Positions 12,564 to 28,170 of a DNA stretch of 64,000 bases are shown piece after piece. This DNA comes from Flaccisagitta enflata (lineage: Eukaryota). Under the pieces are notes generated by a model. It was not told the DNA's origin. It worked only from the letters and a program-made list of their open reading frames with translations, and did not search any database. Made by a program: the position numbers and the translations under genes. Within the stretch, counting starts at the first letter, position 1. Each line of letters opens with the position of its first letter. The DNA is taken from NCBI GenBank assembly GCA_965153355.1, contig OZ231126.1, positions 25,606,001-25,670,000 on the forward strand, in the 5' to 3' direction.

Positions 12564-12935
12564 TACAGAGTCGCGTGCACGCGACTAAAAATATTGCATG
12601 TTTGTCGTTTTTTATACGGGCCATCATAGATAAATGTGCTCCCTACTATGGGCCCAAAAAGTCATATTCTTACATGGCATACTTCGTAAAAGTTGTAGCA
12701 AATTTAGTTTTTAATGATGTTTATCTATCGATTTCATGTATAATATGGATATTTTAGCGGGAATAAATGGAAATGTTATCCACGGCAACAGAATATGATG
12801 GGAAATAAAACACTTTATGTATCATTTGTATTCCTAACATGCTTCCCCAACTAATTGAAGTCCAGACAGCATCTACTATTTATATAGCACTTACTGGTTT
12901 GGGTTTCTGTACTGAATTAAACTGCTGTACAATAG

Positions 12936-13402
12936 CCTCCGAAAGATGGGAAAATGGTCTTAGCAACGTTTCAAGCTGCTGCAAATGCGTGGACAATATC
13001 AAAGATATTTGTCTCAAGTGCTTACAGATGCTCATCGACCGACATCTGCCCATATGCGATCGTATCCAAGCTGGGGACGTCCACAGTCGCCGACATGATG
13101 ACTTCCACAATGGTATCCAAACTCGGAATGGCCTCAACCGACAGTGCTACTCAGTTCGTGTCTTTTCTGATGAGCAGCATGATTTGGCCCTGGAAACGCT
13201 CAAGAGACGTTTTTGTCCAAATCGAAGTGTCAAGAAATTAAGATACATTTTAAGCGTCTTGATCGAGGAAGTCTTGATTAGGATTTTTGCGGAGTTCCTG
13301 TCAATTGATTTCATAGAGGCAGAGAAGAAAATGCGGCCTCCTCCGGTTGACCACGAGGAATTAAGAAAGGCAGCTGAGAAACTTCAACAAATGTCTCCGT
13401 AA
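12936..13402 (+). CDS. Putative terminal exon 4 of the element, resembling the PWWP3A/MUM1 C-terminal domain (copy 1)
   Basis: Open frame within ORF 12839-13402, acceptor AATAG|CC. Pattern IQAGDVHSRRHDDF...FSDEQHDLALETL...LRYILSVLIEEVLIRIF...IDFIEAEKKM. Intact in both copies. Confidence 0.6.
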
Positions 13403-14125
13403 ATCGAATTTGGAATTCATTGTCAATAAGTGCATCAAAGAGGGCATCATGCGGATTGGCATGAAATGCTTGGAAACGATCATGCTTTGGGAAAAAAAAT
13501 ACTGCCTGTTTTTACTTGAATTATGCTACCAGCAGATTCCAGTTCACAATTCTCTTTACATCTAGGATGCAACTTTTTTGCTATTTATTACATGCTGCGT
13601 GTTATGATGAACATCTTTGCAATGATCCTACACAGGATTTTCATATTTCTGACTCAAAATCTTCATCTTTTTAATTCATCACGTATAAGCATTCTCGCTG
13701 ATTGATATGCTTTTGAAAAAAGAAGTTTGACTGGTATCAATGATCAATGTAATATTGTTCAAGCTGTTTACAGTTGTTTGCTTTTAGTTAGAAATCACAT
13801 TCTTGGCTGCTTCACATTGGCATCCTTTCCCTCGGTTAACGACTTTGCTGGTGAATGAACAATAACTTTGGCCACTTACTCTGTTGATTAACCAGCTCCT
13901 GTATAATCTAAAGTGTTTTGCTTTTTTTTAATCGAATTAAGCACTTCCTACATTTCATTACTGATCCCCTTTTGATCTAAAATTGGTTTTCGCGTGCTTT
14001 ATCATCACCATTGTTAGAAAAAAAAAAAACATTGTCATACGTCATTAATTTCTATCATGCCTATATACAATGCTTCTCTTAATATACATCTTGGTCGTGT
14101 AAAAACATTGGGTGGTTTTATTGAA

Positions 14126-14898
14126 CACGGCGTCCAGGAACAAACTCTAGGTCTAAAAAAATGGTCAAGATTCTTGACCTGGGGAAATGTCTTTTTTGAT
14201 GCATTAGCTACAAATTAATGGTAAAAATAAAAAAATCTGCTTATAAATATAGAATTGATGGTCAAATAATAGCCAAAAGAGGCATTTTTAAGCATATTTT
14301 AGATTAAAAATTGTATTCATGGCTTCTAAAATTATGTAAAAATGTATGAAAAGTTTGGCTACAGTTGTTGCACTGATGCTTTTACCTACTTTAGTTTGTC
14401 TAAAATGATTTTCAATAATCAAAACAAAAAAACACCAAAAACTGCTGTAAAATGACTATTTTTGATTATTTTTTGCTATTTCTAAGCTCTAATCTTTCAA
14501 ATATCTTTTAAAACTAGCTGGATTATATTCCAGCATGTGTATCTCAACAACATTTTTACATTTTTCATAGTCTTCAAAAATTCTAAAGAAGTAATTATGA
14601 ATTATCTATAAAATAACCCTCTAAACTTACTCAATAGGTAAAAGCATTATTACAGCAACTATTACCACACTTTTCAGATATTTTTTAAACCGCTTGAAGC
14701 TATAATCTTAATTTCTGATATAAAAAATATTTAAGAGTGCTTTGTTTTGGCTATCTTTAAGCTTTGAATTTGATATTTCCATACCAACTTTTTTAATTTT
14801 TGCCATAGATAGATAGCTAATGCATCAAAAAAAAACTTTTTCTCAGGTCAGGAGTCTTGACCATTTTTTCGACCTATGGTTTGTTCCTGGACGCCGTG
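14126..14898. mobile_element. MITE with CACGG ends and 4-bp TSD, Chapaev/CMC-like (copy 2 counterpart 48399-49221)
   Basis: TGAA-CACGGCGTCCAGGAACAAA ... TTTGTTCCTGGACGCCGTG-TGAA. Confidence 0.88.
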
Positions 14899-15099
14899 TG
14901 AAGCATTGAAATAACAATCGTTTGAATGGATTTGGCTAGCTTTACAGTGAGATGCTTTTAAGCAGATACCTGTAGACAAAGTGGGATTTGGTGCTTTTGG
15001 GGGGGGGGTTACGAAGGAGGAGAAGGAGAAGGAGAAGATTCCCCATATGTGTGAAAGCATAGGTCAGCGACCTCTGCGGGGCCACTGCCCAAAAAACAA

Positions 15100-15175
<76 letters not shown>

Positions 15176-15252
15176 GAACTGGATGCAGAAATATGTTTTT
15201 AGTCGCTGGCTAAGCGACTCTTTAAGAGGCTGTGTCCGTAGGTATGTAGGTA

Positions 15253-15865
15253 TGACGCACTGAAATTAAAGTAAGAGGAATTTACCCAGAGGACAAAGTT
15301 ACCATTCACTTTACTATTTTTGCTTAGGTCAATGCTTGTGTTTATTTTTTTGTACCTAAATGTGTAAACTTACATGTGGAAATCAATCTGTCACTGTCAA
15401 ATGACAAAAATGCGAAAAGATTGAAAGAAATTCGATTCTGATGAGACTAAAAAAAGAAAAAAATGGCGACAATCATTTTAGTAACTGCTCACTGAAAATT
15501 TTAAATTTGCATAAAAGATCCAAATATCATTGAAATAAGAACATAGCGCCCTCAGTTTATGTTTTAGGAATCGCGCTATGTTCTTGTTTTGTTGATATTT
15601 TGATTTTCTATGCAAATTTAAAATTTTCAATGAGCCATGGTCCATTGACAAGATAATTTTTTTACTGAATTTCGCATGTTTTTTCCGCTGTAAAATAAAG
15701 GATTGGAATTTAAAACTGGCATATGCGAGTCAATTCATGCAAAATATGGTTTTTGACAGTTTAATTGAAAACATAAAAACAAAAATTGTCATTAAATTTC
15801 ATCTTATAAATTTCATGACTTATCTAGCTCGGGTAGCAAATTCTATGATAATTTTCAGTGCGTCG
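15253..15865. mobile_element. TA-targeting MITE specific to copy 1
   Basis: TA-TGACGCACTGAAA ... TTTCAGTGCGTCG-TA; empty site GTAGGTATGTTGG at 49574-49586. Confidence 0.9.
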
Positions 15866-16987
15866 TATGTTGGTAACGCGAACTTTTGGCTGACGCGAAA
15901 TCGACTGAAATAGTGATATCTGAGCATTACGGCCCCTGCCCCGCCACATAACAGCCCCCAACGACTACTTATTGGCCGTGTATCCGGCCTCATTTTTTTT
16001 CACTTTTGGCCGAATAGAAAATGGTACATGGCAAATGGCACATGGATGTCTACAAGCACATACCTTTTGTTACTTGGTAAAAGCAGACCCCAAATTCTCA
16101 CTGCGTTAGGCAGAGCCAGAAAGAAAAAAAGAAAGGCCGAGTGTAGGCCAATACATGCGTCTTGCTTTCGAAGAACAGATGAACGAATCAGTGAAGGAAT
16201 TAAGGTATAAAAAAAGGTACAACAGCTTGTTTTGCGTTTTTAGGTGCGCCATAGCACCACTATAAGAGGCTCTATGTGCTGGTTGGTTGGTAGGTCAGTC
16301 GGTCACGCTCGAGTTGAAAATCTCTAGAAGAAGAAAAAATCACTGGAAATGATTTGGAAATATGCCAGGATGATTTTAAGATGCGCCATAGCACCTCCAT
16401 AAGAGGCTCTGTCCGTCCGTCCATCCATCGGTCACGCTCGATTGAAAAATTGCTAAAAAAGTTTAAAATAAATTGAAAACTTATTTCGTTCATCACTGAT
16501 CACTGACGATACTCATCATTCTGTTCACTAAAATAATCAGCTACGGTTAGGTCGGATAGAGCTGGGGATAGGTCGGATAGGTCTGGTGATAGGTCGGATA
16601 GGTCTGGGGATAGGTCTGATAGAGCTGGGGGTAGGTCTGATAGAGCTGGTGATAGGTCTGAAAGAGCTCGGGATAGGTCTGATAGAGCTCAATATAGGTC
16701 TGATAGAGCTTGGTAAAGGCCTGATAGAGCTCAGGATAGGTGTGACAGAGCTAGGAAAAGGTCTGATAGAGCTAGTGATAGGTCTGATGGAGCTAGGGAT
16801 AGGTCTAAGAATTAATGACACCCAGCACACCGTCTTGGCCCGTGTATCCGGCCTTGTCTGTTTCAAAAGCCTGGCCGACAGACTAACAGACAAACAGAGC
16901 AACTGGCATGACCTCTTGAAGACATGCGTAGACGCGTATAAAAACGCTCTGAATGCTTTAGTGCAAGGACGTAAAGGAGAACAACAT

Positions 16988-17096
<109 letters not shown>

Positions 17097-17110
17097 GAGA
17101 CAGAGAGAGA

Positions 17111-17156
<46 letters not shown>

Positions 17157-17509
17157 GAGAGAGAGAAGAAAGAAAGGAAGAAAGAAAATCAAAATGAGAA
17201 TGCAATCAAGGCAAAAAGTTATTTTTTCTCCCTTTTTTCTCCCTTATTACTTTTTTTCACAATCCACTTGAGGCCGATCGCCAATGAGGAACCTTTTTTT
17301 CCATTCCACTTCAGGCCGAATCATGAAATGAGGGCAGTGAGCTTCCAATCCACTCAAGGCCGATTCGGCCTTGAGTGTTTGAGCTACTAACTCTAGTACG
17401 AAATTCGGACTTTAGATACCTCCTCAGAGAGGTTGACCTCTCATATAGTATTGAATGAGGGGTTTAACTCACCAGGGGATAACAGATATCGTTGAGTTAC
17501 AACGAACTA

Positions 17510-19019
17510 CATGGTGTTTCACGCGTTTTGAGGTTTAAAGAATCGATATAGCTTTTCTCCTAGAAAAGCTAATCTAAATCTGAAAAAAGGCCTGAGTAGA
17601 TCTTGAAGTGCAGTTTTTTTATGGCACCAATTTTTTATACCTGCACTTTTAAATATGCCCACTATGTAAGTTTGAAAAAAAACAACCATATCCAGCCTGC
17701 ATCTTTAATCTGGATAACTATGGCAAAAAAAAAGCAAACTTTTTGTTTGTTAGTGTTTCACATCCAAGCAATAAGAAAAACATAGCAAAATCCATGACCA
17801 TTTTGAAGCTCTGCGAAAGATCTTTCTAATGAGACCTTGCTGGTTGTCATACATCTATCTTTTTAGAAATGGCAGAAGAATGAAGACCGGTGGTCAAGAA
17901 TTTGGAAAGTCTGTACCACCTGATTTTCATGGGCTATCTTTATTGTAACAAAGGAATCAAACGAATTGAGTTAGAAATTGGTTCTTGGCTCCATTTTATA
18001 AAAAATTCATAGCTCTTTGATTTGCTCATGGATATCGAGTAGCTAAGACAATCCTGAGTAACGTAATTAACAATAGTCGCAAAAGCGTTAGATGGTCAGC
18101 GGTACCCGATGCCCCTATGTGAGCGTTTGTGGGTGTGAGGTGGTTAGAGGGGCAGCGGCCCCGAAGGGACCGATGACCTATGCTGTTTTTATTCAAACCT
18201 TAACGATTGAATTTGAGCCTGGAGGCTATATTTGGGGTCCTAAGGCTGAGATTTGAGCTCTGAGGCTGGGATTTGAGCCTCAAGGCTGGGATTTGAGCTT
18301 GGAGGCTGGAATTTGAGCCTTGAGGCTAGGATTTGGGGCTAGAGACTATAATTTGAGCCTTGGGGCTGGGATTTGAGTCTTGAGCCTGGGATTTGGGCTT
18401 TGAGGCTTTGGTTTGAGCCTCGAGGCTGGAAGTTGGGCCTCAAGGCTGAGATTTGAGCCCTGAGGCTGGGATTTGAGCCTCATGGCTGGGATTTCCTGAG
18501 ACGCAGAATTTGGGCCCTGGTGACATGAGATGAGAAGAAGGACAGAAGATAAATTTCCATGTGAGAAACAAGTCCTGGTCCCTTCTGGGCCTGCCCAAAA
18601 CGGAAAGAGCAAGATTTCTCGATGGAAAAAAATTGAAATGAACATTTTTTTCAATCTGTGATTTTTTTCTTTAATCTTTTGCCATTTCTAAATGAATGAA
18701 GCTACAATGTCCAGCAACATCGCGTTTTGAAATTTTTTTGCAGAGTTTTTAAAAAGTCATGGATTTTCTGTAGTTCAGGTTGATAGTTGACCAGAAACTA
18801 GTAAAAGAAGTTGTCCATTCTTTTCTTTACCATGTTTAGTTAACTGGATAATGTTGTTTACTTTAAACTCCCAAGGTAAAAAGCGCAAATACAAAAACTT
18901 GGTGACATAAAAAAACTGCACTTCAAGATCTATTCAGACCTTTTTTCAGAATTGGAATAGCTGTTCTAGGAGAAATGTTATGTCGATTCTTAAAACCTCA
19001 AAACGCGTGAAACACCCTG
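17510..19019. mobile_element. Non-autonomous Tc1/mariner-type element with a nested HINE-like repeat (~18070-18600)
   Basis: TA-CATGGTGTTTCACGCGTTTTGAGG ... CCTCAAAACGCGTGAAACACCCTG-TA; arms over 120 bp. Confidence 0.85.
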
Positions 19020-19300
19020 TATGAACTGATGAATAGATGGACGAACCGACATACAGACGAATTGATGCCCATCAATGTTCTCATTGTGTGCATACCCATC
19101 CCCGAACTTTTAGCGCGTGTTTCCGGCACATTTATCATTGGCAAGGTCCCGCATCTTTTTATCATTCTTATTACTCTTTGATATTCGATTTCATTTGCAT
19201 TTACATTTCTGACCCCTAAAAACAGCTGACCCTGAGAGCTGGTCAAAACGACCCTTCTCCATCGCTATTTTTTTTCCTTCTCGTCTCTCTCTAAAAGTCA

Positions 19301-19361
<61 letters not shown>

Positions 19362-19535
19362 ATCTTCATTAACATAATAATGAATGAGTGAGCAACGTCT
19401 TTTGTGTGTGTGTGTGTATATATCTTTCTGTGTGCCCTGCACTGCTATTTTGTCTCTCTGTTGTCAACGTGCTATTCTATTCTTCTTATTCTCTATCCCA
19501 GTAGCCCACTGTCTCAGCCTGCCCCTGCACCTGTG

Positions 19536-19593
<58 letters not shown>

Positions 19594-19866
19594 CTCATTT
19601 TATTCCCCCTTATCCCTCGTACTCGCCTAAGATATTCATATCGGACATATCTCCTATTTCTGACCCTGACGCCAGGTCACTCATATAAAAAGAAGAAAGA
19701 AAAAGATCCCCCGCTCTTCCATGCTCGCCTAAAGTTGGACTGTCTGACTGTGGACTGTCTGACTGTCTGTCTGTCAGTCTATCACGCTTGTCTGTCTGTC
19801 TCTCTCTCGTCTGTCTGTCTGTGTTTCTTTCTGTCTCTTTTGTCTGTGTGTGTGTATGTGCTGATT

Positions 19867-19914
<48 letters not shown>

Positions 19915-20455
19915 GCTCCCTCTCACTCTTGTCATACAGCCGGAGGCAGAAGCTTTTATACGACATTTAGTCCAAATATAGAGCAAAGAAGGGCAAAAAT
20001 TTCGCCTCCACCGTCATCTCATTACCATTTTAATCCATGACCCCTTTTATGTGAGGTTTATGTATGATTTATAGCTGTATGGATCATACTAGCATGTTCA
20101 CTTGACAGGGTGGTATTTGATACTGCAGAAATTTTTCAGCTGTATTTGCTTAGTTCGTTTTTGGTCAAACGTGTTCTTATTTTTTCTAACGAAACCATGA
20201 AAATCATTTAAAAGAAGGCCAGAAACACAGCTACCCAAGTCGCGTGCGGGTGCGCAGGGGCCGTAGGTGAGGTTTCGATAGCATGTTGGCAGGAGTAGTA
20301 AAGCCAAACAAGTAAAGATAAAGATGTAAAAAGAGTAAATTAAAAAAAAAACGCAGGTGGAAAGCAGTTTTACGACTTTTTGCCAAAACAGGCCTATTGT
20401 CTGGTAACAGGTTTTTAGATCTTAACAATTTCCTAACTACAGAATTCGTCAGCAC

Positions 20456-20748
<293 letters not shown>

Positions 20749-21132
20749 TCGCGTGCGGGTGGGCAGGGGCAGTGACCTGGCATAAGGGCAGGAGCGGTAA
20801 TGCAAAAAACGCCCGTAAACGCCGAAAAAGCAAAGTGTGACGGACTGACCGACCAACTGAACGACCGACCGACATAGCGGGTTCGAGAGTCGCTTGCACG
20901 CGACTAAAAACTGACGGTCGGAGAAAGTGAAACCTGAACAAACTAAACTGAAGTAAGGTGGTAAATGCCTTTAAAGCGTTACTGAGGCAGTGAATAAGGC
21001 ATCTGAAGTTGGGCAGTGGGAGTCGATACATTCGAAATACAGTTGAGCTTCACTAAAGCGCATGTCAATGGTTTGGACAAAATCATGCCTCATAATCAAG
21101 TTTCCTTATTGCTATAAAAAGAAGTAACTGTA

Positions 21133-21470
21133 TAGTAGGTGTCGTCTAGACTTGGAAATACGGGGAATTCATTCCAGGAGGACAAATAAACTTAAGAGAT
21201 TGATATTTGGAATATAGACTAATAAAAAAATTTTTATTGCTAATAAGTATCAATATTTTAAGAACTTTTTTGAGAGATGATTGTTTAAGATAAAGTTCGC
21301 TACAACTTTCCCACAATATGTTCAGTAAGAATGTGTTTCCATGGCAACCAACACCCATAGGTGATAAAGCATCCTTTCATCAATTTATATTCCAAATATC
21401 AGTCCCTTAAGTTTATTTGTCTTCCTATAATGAATTCCCCCGTATTTCCAAGTCTAGACGACATCTACTG
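21133..21470. mobile_element. TA-targeting MITE
   Basis: AGTAGGTGTCGTCTAGACTTGGAAATACGGGG ... CCCCGTATTTCCAAGTCTAGACGACATCTACTG, TA flanks. Confidence 0.88.
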
Positions 21471-21933
21471 TACAATTAATGATGGTCAATCATTGAAGAC
21501 TGTTAACACAGGCTGGGCATAGGACGAGAATTCATAAATAAATACACATTGATACATAAATACATACATACTGATACAAAAGGCGATGAAGAAAAATAAC
21601 ATGCATGAATGTTGATCATTAATTGGTGAAATTGTTTGATTCAGGTGTCCTCTTTTTGCTACAGATTTGTAGTCGTGGACGTGATTCCATTTTGTTCAGT
21701 TCTTTCTTTTTGATCAGTTCTCTCTTTTTTGCACAGTTCTTTCTTTTTTGTTCAGTTCCTTTCTTTTCCTTTTTTGCGTCTTTTTTAATTCTTCTTTGTC
21801 TTCTCTTCGCCAGACTGGAACCCGAAAAAGGAGGGACGAATTCGTTTGAAGTCTTTTCACCTGAAAGTCAAAAAGTCTGACAAAAAAGAAAGAACTTTGG
21901 ACATGGAAGAAGATCCTGAGGAGCAGACGACTG

Positions 21934-22145
<212 letters not shown>

Positions 22146-22787
22146 AAAACAGACAGACAGACAGACAGACAGACAGAAAGACAGAGAGACAGACATACAG
22201 AGATAAACAGCCAGCCAGATAGACAGACAGATAGAGAGACCGAACGTCAAGCAAACAAAGACAGACGGGTAGGGACAAACAGACAGACAACCCGACAAAT
22301 TGACGAACAGAAAAAAAAAAAACAGACAGACGGCGACAGACAGATACATCCTTACACATACAAAGAAGATTCATGTCAAAAGAGCAAAAATCGATGGCAA
22401 AAAAGTTAATATGAAGCGAGAAAAATAGAGGCACAGACAGAATTTAGAGACTGAGACAAAAATGAGAAGAAGAAAGTCCGGATACAAGGCTACCCCAGTC
22501 GCGTGTGGGTGGGCAGGGGCAATGATGTAGAAAGTCACTCGGGCATTTTGGCGGTAACGCTGAGCTAAAAAAAAACTCATGAACGCCGAAAAAGTAAAAC
22601 AACCGACGGACGGACAAAACGGGGTATAGAGTCGCATAGCACGCCACTAAAAAGTAACTTTCAACGCAATTGGCCTCTTACAAATTTGTGGTGTAGAAGA
22701 AAGGCGAGAGATTTCGTGGAGGAAGGGAAAGTAGAAGTGAAAGGGACAGGGAGATTTTGTGGTCCCCCAAAGTGAAAAAAACAGGAC

Positions 22788-22877
<90 letters not shown>

Positions 22878-23483
22878 CAGACATAGACAGACAGAGACAG
22901 ACAGAGACAGACAGAGACAGAGACAGAGAGAGAGAGAGAGAGACTGAGAGAGACTGAGAGTCACGAAAACAGACCCTGGAGTCACATGTTTCGACATCGA
23001 AAAGAGAAAAAGAGAGAATGAGATAGAGAGACAGAGATCCAATGAAGAAGAAGAAAGAGAGAAAATGAGATAGAGAACCAAATAAGGAGAAAGAGATGGA
23101 GAGGAAGGGTGGAAGTGGGAGGCAGGTCCACGCTGGAGGAAGGGAATTCAACGCTCTGCCGTGCCTGCTGCAGTTGCTGACAACCAAACCAAGGAGGCCG
23201 CCATGATGCATGGAGACGCTAAAGCATATAGCGACACCAAACAACAAATTACGACATGACAAATGAGCCTCGGCCGTTGCGCGCTTCGTCTCCGTCGTCG
23301 CCATCGTCGTCATTGTCATCGTCATCGTTGTCGTCACTGGCATCTCAGACCCTCCTTCCATTTTCCTCTTCCGTAGAACTGCTCTTCCTCCTCCCTCCGG
23401 GTTTTGTACAGGAAACCCTTTGAGTTTGACTAGCCATGGAACGTCCTTCGTCGAAATGTGGGTAATAGTATAGTAAAGCTTAT

Positions 23484-23542
<59 letters not shown>

Positions 23543-23572
23543 ATCTCTTATCATCATCTGTCTCTCTCTTCT

Positions 23573-23618
<46 letters not shown>

Positions 23619-25739
23619 TCTCTTACTTACCTTCTCCTCCTCTCTTCCCTCCTCCTTCTCCTCCTCCATCTCCTCCTCCTCCTCCTCCTCCTGCTCCATC
23701 TCTTCTCCCGTTTCTTTCTCCATTTATCATGAGTTGTACCCTTTTTCCTTCCCGGTGGCCTCAACCACCGCTTTTCAGCGTCTATCCCAGTCATTTGCCC
23801 CTGATATCTCTACCCGGTAATCACCATATAGACCCTCTTTTCCCTTTTCTTGCTTTCCATTTCTATCTATCTGTCTGTCTATCTGTCTGTCTGTCTGGCT
23901 GTCTTTCTACATGGCTGTCTGGCTGTCTGGCTGTCTTTCTATATGGCTGTTTTTTCTGACTGTCTTCCTATATCATCTTTCACTGCCGTCTTTTTTCCCT
24001 CTTGCTTTTGGGCCATTCGATTATTGTTTCCTTTGACCTCTATCATCTCCTACTTTCAACGACGTTTGGGTAACTGCTTGGCTGACCTTACATACCTTAA
24101 AACGATATAATGACCGTATCATTCTTCACTTTTACATACCTGAATTTGTCTACCAGCCAGTTATTTAACCCGTATACAGATTCATAACGTAAAGTAATGG
24201 TCCGATTGCCTCGCTTATTCTGACATGTTCCCAAAATAGATTGTTATTAGTCCTTTATTTCTTATTTCGAGTCTGTTGTCTTTCTCTTACCTTCCTCAAT
24301 CTTTCTTTTCCTAAACGCGTACTATTTGTTTACCCGACTTTTGTCTAAATGCACGTTCAAAACAACAGTTTGTCTTGTGGCACAATGTTTTTCCTCGGTC
24401 GCTCGGAAAATCAAAGCATTTGTGGTTTTTCTTCCATTACAATTTTACCATTGATATGGCTGTTAACTTAGCCTTGATGTAGTTAAATGACAATCATAGG
24501 GATTGATTGTTTCGTCTTCTGTTGGTCATTCATTCTCTCAATTGCTTCAATAGCGTTTTTCACGTCACTGTCTCTTCACAGCTGTTGAACACTTTTTTTA
24601 GCTCTGCCCCGGCCCAGTACATGTCTGAATGGCTGCTTTGTATTCACACTCGTTGTTTTGCTGCCACTGAGTTGGCCATGGACTTTCGATTCTTTCTCTA
24701 AAGCGAACGTTGAATTTTCCTGTGATTTTTTCTACTCGGCTTCGTAGGAATCAAACTGAAGCCTTAGATTTGTCGCTGTCACTTTGACATGCAAAGTCTA
24801 ACGTCAAGCACAATATTCGGTGTCATAGTTGCCTTCATACTCTGAATCACATTCCACACTTATGACACATACTAATCCATCGTCACCACCAGCAGAGTTG
24901 GCTGATCCTAGCTTGTCATGTAATGCAGAATGATTTCATGCTGAATGTCTTGTCTAAGGTCTTGTTGTGAACGCATATCTCAATAGTTAATTCAATATAT
25001 ACAAGAACCATATTAAATTGCGAACTGGCTGATCCAAAAAGTGCACTTGACTAAAAATCAGATTTTATCTCACTTTTTAGTCGCGTGCACGCGACTCTAC
25101 AACCCGCTTTGTCCGTCGGTCGGTCGGTTGGTCCGTCACACTTTACTTTTTTTTATGATTTTATTTCTTTGACCTCACTGCTCTTGCCCAAATGGTCTGG
25201 TGACCTCAAAAATGGCCCCTGCCCACCCGCACGCGACTTCGGTAGCCGTGTATCCGGCCTTGTTACGGCCATAGGTACTGAGCATAAATGCAGCAATAAA
25301 GGTCCCTTTCTCAATCAATCTTTGAAACAAAGATCAAGTCGTTACAAAGAACGATTTCAATTCCGTTGAACTGACATTTTATATTCTAAGTACATCGAAC
25401 AACTAGCATCTATTATGATTCAAGCGATTACTATCATATTTCTCCCAGTTGCTCATCCAGGCAACGGTTCTGTTAGAAATGCGAAGACCATTCTGAAAAG
25501 AAGGCTGGAAAAGCAAACACGATTATGAACGCTCGGAAGAAATGAAATCCACTGTTTCAAAAAAACATAAAAAAGGCTAAAAAAATAATGGTTTATTTTC
25601 CGGTGGTTGATCCTTGGATAAGAAAGAAAGAGAGAGAGAGAGAGGAAGAGTGTTTCTCAAACAAGGATCTCTTTTGAACGACCAACCGCTTACTCTCCTA
25701 GTTAACTGTGTGTATGAGGAGTAAGAAAGCAAGAAAGAA

Positions 25740-25845
<106 letters not shown>

Positions 25846-26221
25846 GAGAGAGTATGAAGCCATTTAGGAGATATGGTATGGAAACCGATGATTCCTAACT
25901 TTATGAGGGTCTTAAAGCGCCTTTCTCCTCTCCCCATTTCCACCGCTGCTGCCACCGCCACCACCATCGCCACCGCCGCCGCCACCGCCAGTGGCGTCGT
26001 CGTAGCGCGTGACAGATACAAATGTGGCCAATTCGAGAAAAAGAGACTTCACACACTCACGAAAGAAAGAAAGAAGATAGAAGTAAGAAAAATTGAGAAA
26101 AAGACACAAAAAAGGAGATTTTCTCCCCCTCGTTACTTTCAATTTCATCTGTAGATCGTTCTTTTATTATTTGTTGTGTCTAACTTTTTTTCCTTCTCAC
26201 TTTTACATCTTGCGATTCTTG

Positions 26222-26738
<517 letters not shown>

Positions 26739-27889
26739 TCCAACTTATCAATTCTGCCCTTGTTTCTGACTGACTTTCCTCATTCCAGGCTTGGCTTTCA
26801 TTTCCTCCAATCTGGCTCCATTTCACTTGCTCCCACGTCTATCCTTTCTCTTTCTCTCTCTTTCCTTCTTCTTAACCTTCCTTTCCTCCTTTTTGTCCTC
26901 CATTTTGGTTCCACTTCTTTTGCCCTAGTTTTCCTCCGGTTTTCTTTCCCCCTTCTTATTTCCTTCCGGAGGTGAATCAAGAGAGGTCGACTTTTTCTTT
27001 TTCCTTGTTCCTCCACTACTTCCTAACACTGAACATGTGCCTGTTTCTCGGAGCTGGCCTTAGCTTGTTTTCGGCTCATTTTTAACATTAGAAGTGGAAA
27101 TCCCAGCTTATAATCGCATGCACGGTTTGAATTGGTAGTTCAAAATGAGCAGGATCCATGGTGAAAAATAGGTCCATTACAGTCATGCTTGAATAAATTG
27201 CAACTGGATTCAGTCAAAAATCAGAAAAACATAGATGAAATTGAAGCTTTTCAAAAGATGAAAAAACTGAAACCAAGTAGAGCAAATTTTGTTGATACAT
27301 TTAGATGGAATGCTGTTTTAAAGAGAAGGACTAAAAAATGGGGAAGGAAATTCATCATAATTGAGCGTTTTTTATATCGGTGATATTTTTCTTCAAACCT
27401 TTGTTATTTCTAAACAAATGAAGCCGCAATGACCAGTAACATCGCATTTGGAAGATTTTTTGCAGAGCTTTCAAATGGTCATGAATCCTTTATGGTCAGG
27501 GCCCTTAATTTGACCAAAAATAGACGAACAAGTAGAGATTAACATGCAATGTCAGTGGTCTCTCTACCTAAACTACCTCATTAGCTTTGCAACCTTGATG
27601 TCGTGCAGAATTGTGATAACTGATAAGTGTTAAAAATGGTGGTAAATAAACTTAATATTGATGCAAACCTGTCAAAAAATATTTAATTTATATAGTTTGA
27701 CCAATAAAGTATGGCTCAATGATCGAATTAAGATCCAGTTGCAGGACTGTACAACAATGTGAACGTCGCGTGCGTCGCGTCAGACCGTTGGATAGAAATG
27801 AAATTGAAACATAGAACACCTGAAAGCATAAAAGACTCTAGAAACCTACAAAATGACAACATTTCGGAGATTGTGAGCAAGCCAATCGA

Positions 27890-27923
<34 letters not shown>

Positions 27924-28170
27924 AGGAAAAAAGATTGATTCGGTGTGTCCTTGGTCGGTCAAAAATTTCCATTGTTGTCCACTTTCGCCGTTGACACTAA
28001 ACCTTGAATCTGCATTCATCAACATTTCTCGCCGCTTGTTTTTTGTCAAAATGATCGAAAAGATGTATAAAAACCCTAAACAACCAGGAGCAACGAATAT
28101 TGCCATAAACTAGACTCGTGCGGTGACAAATACATTTCATTTCTCTGCGGTTTCCTCGGACACAAACATC

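Noticed and set aside
17426-17442. Target-site duplication for MULE copy 1
   Set aside because: The right flank AGAGAGGTT has no match beside the inferred left end.
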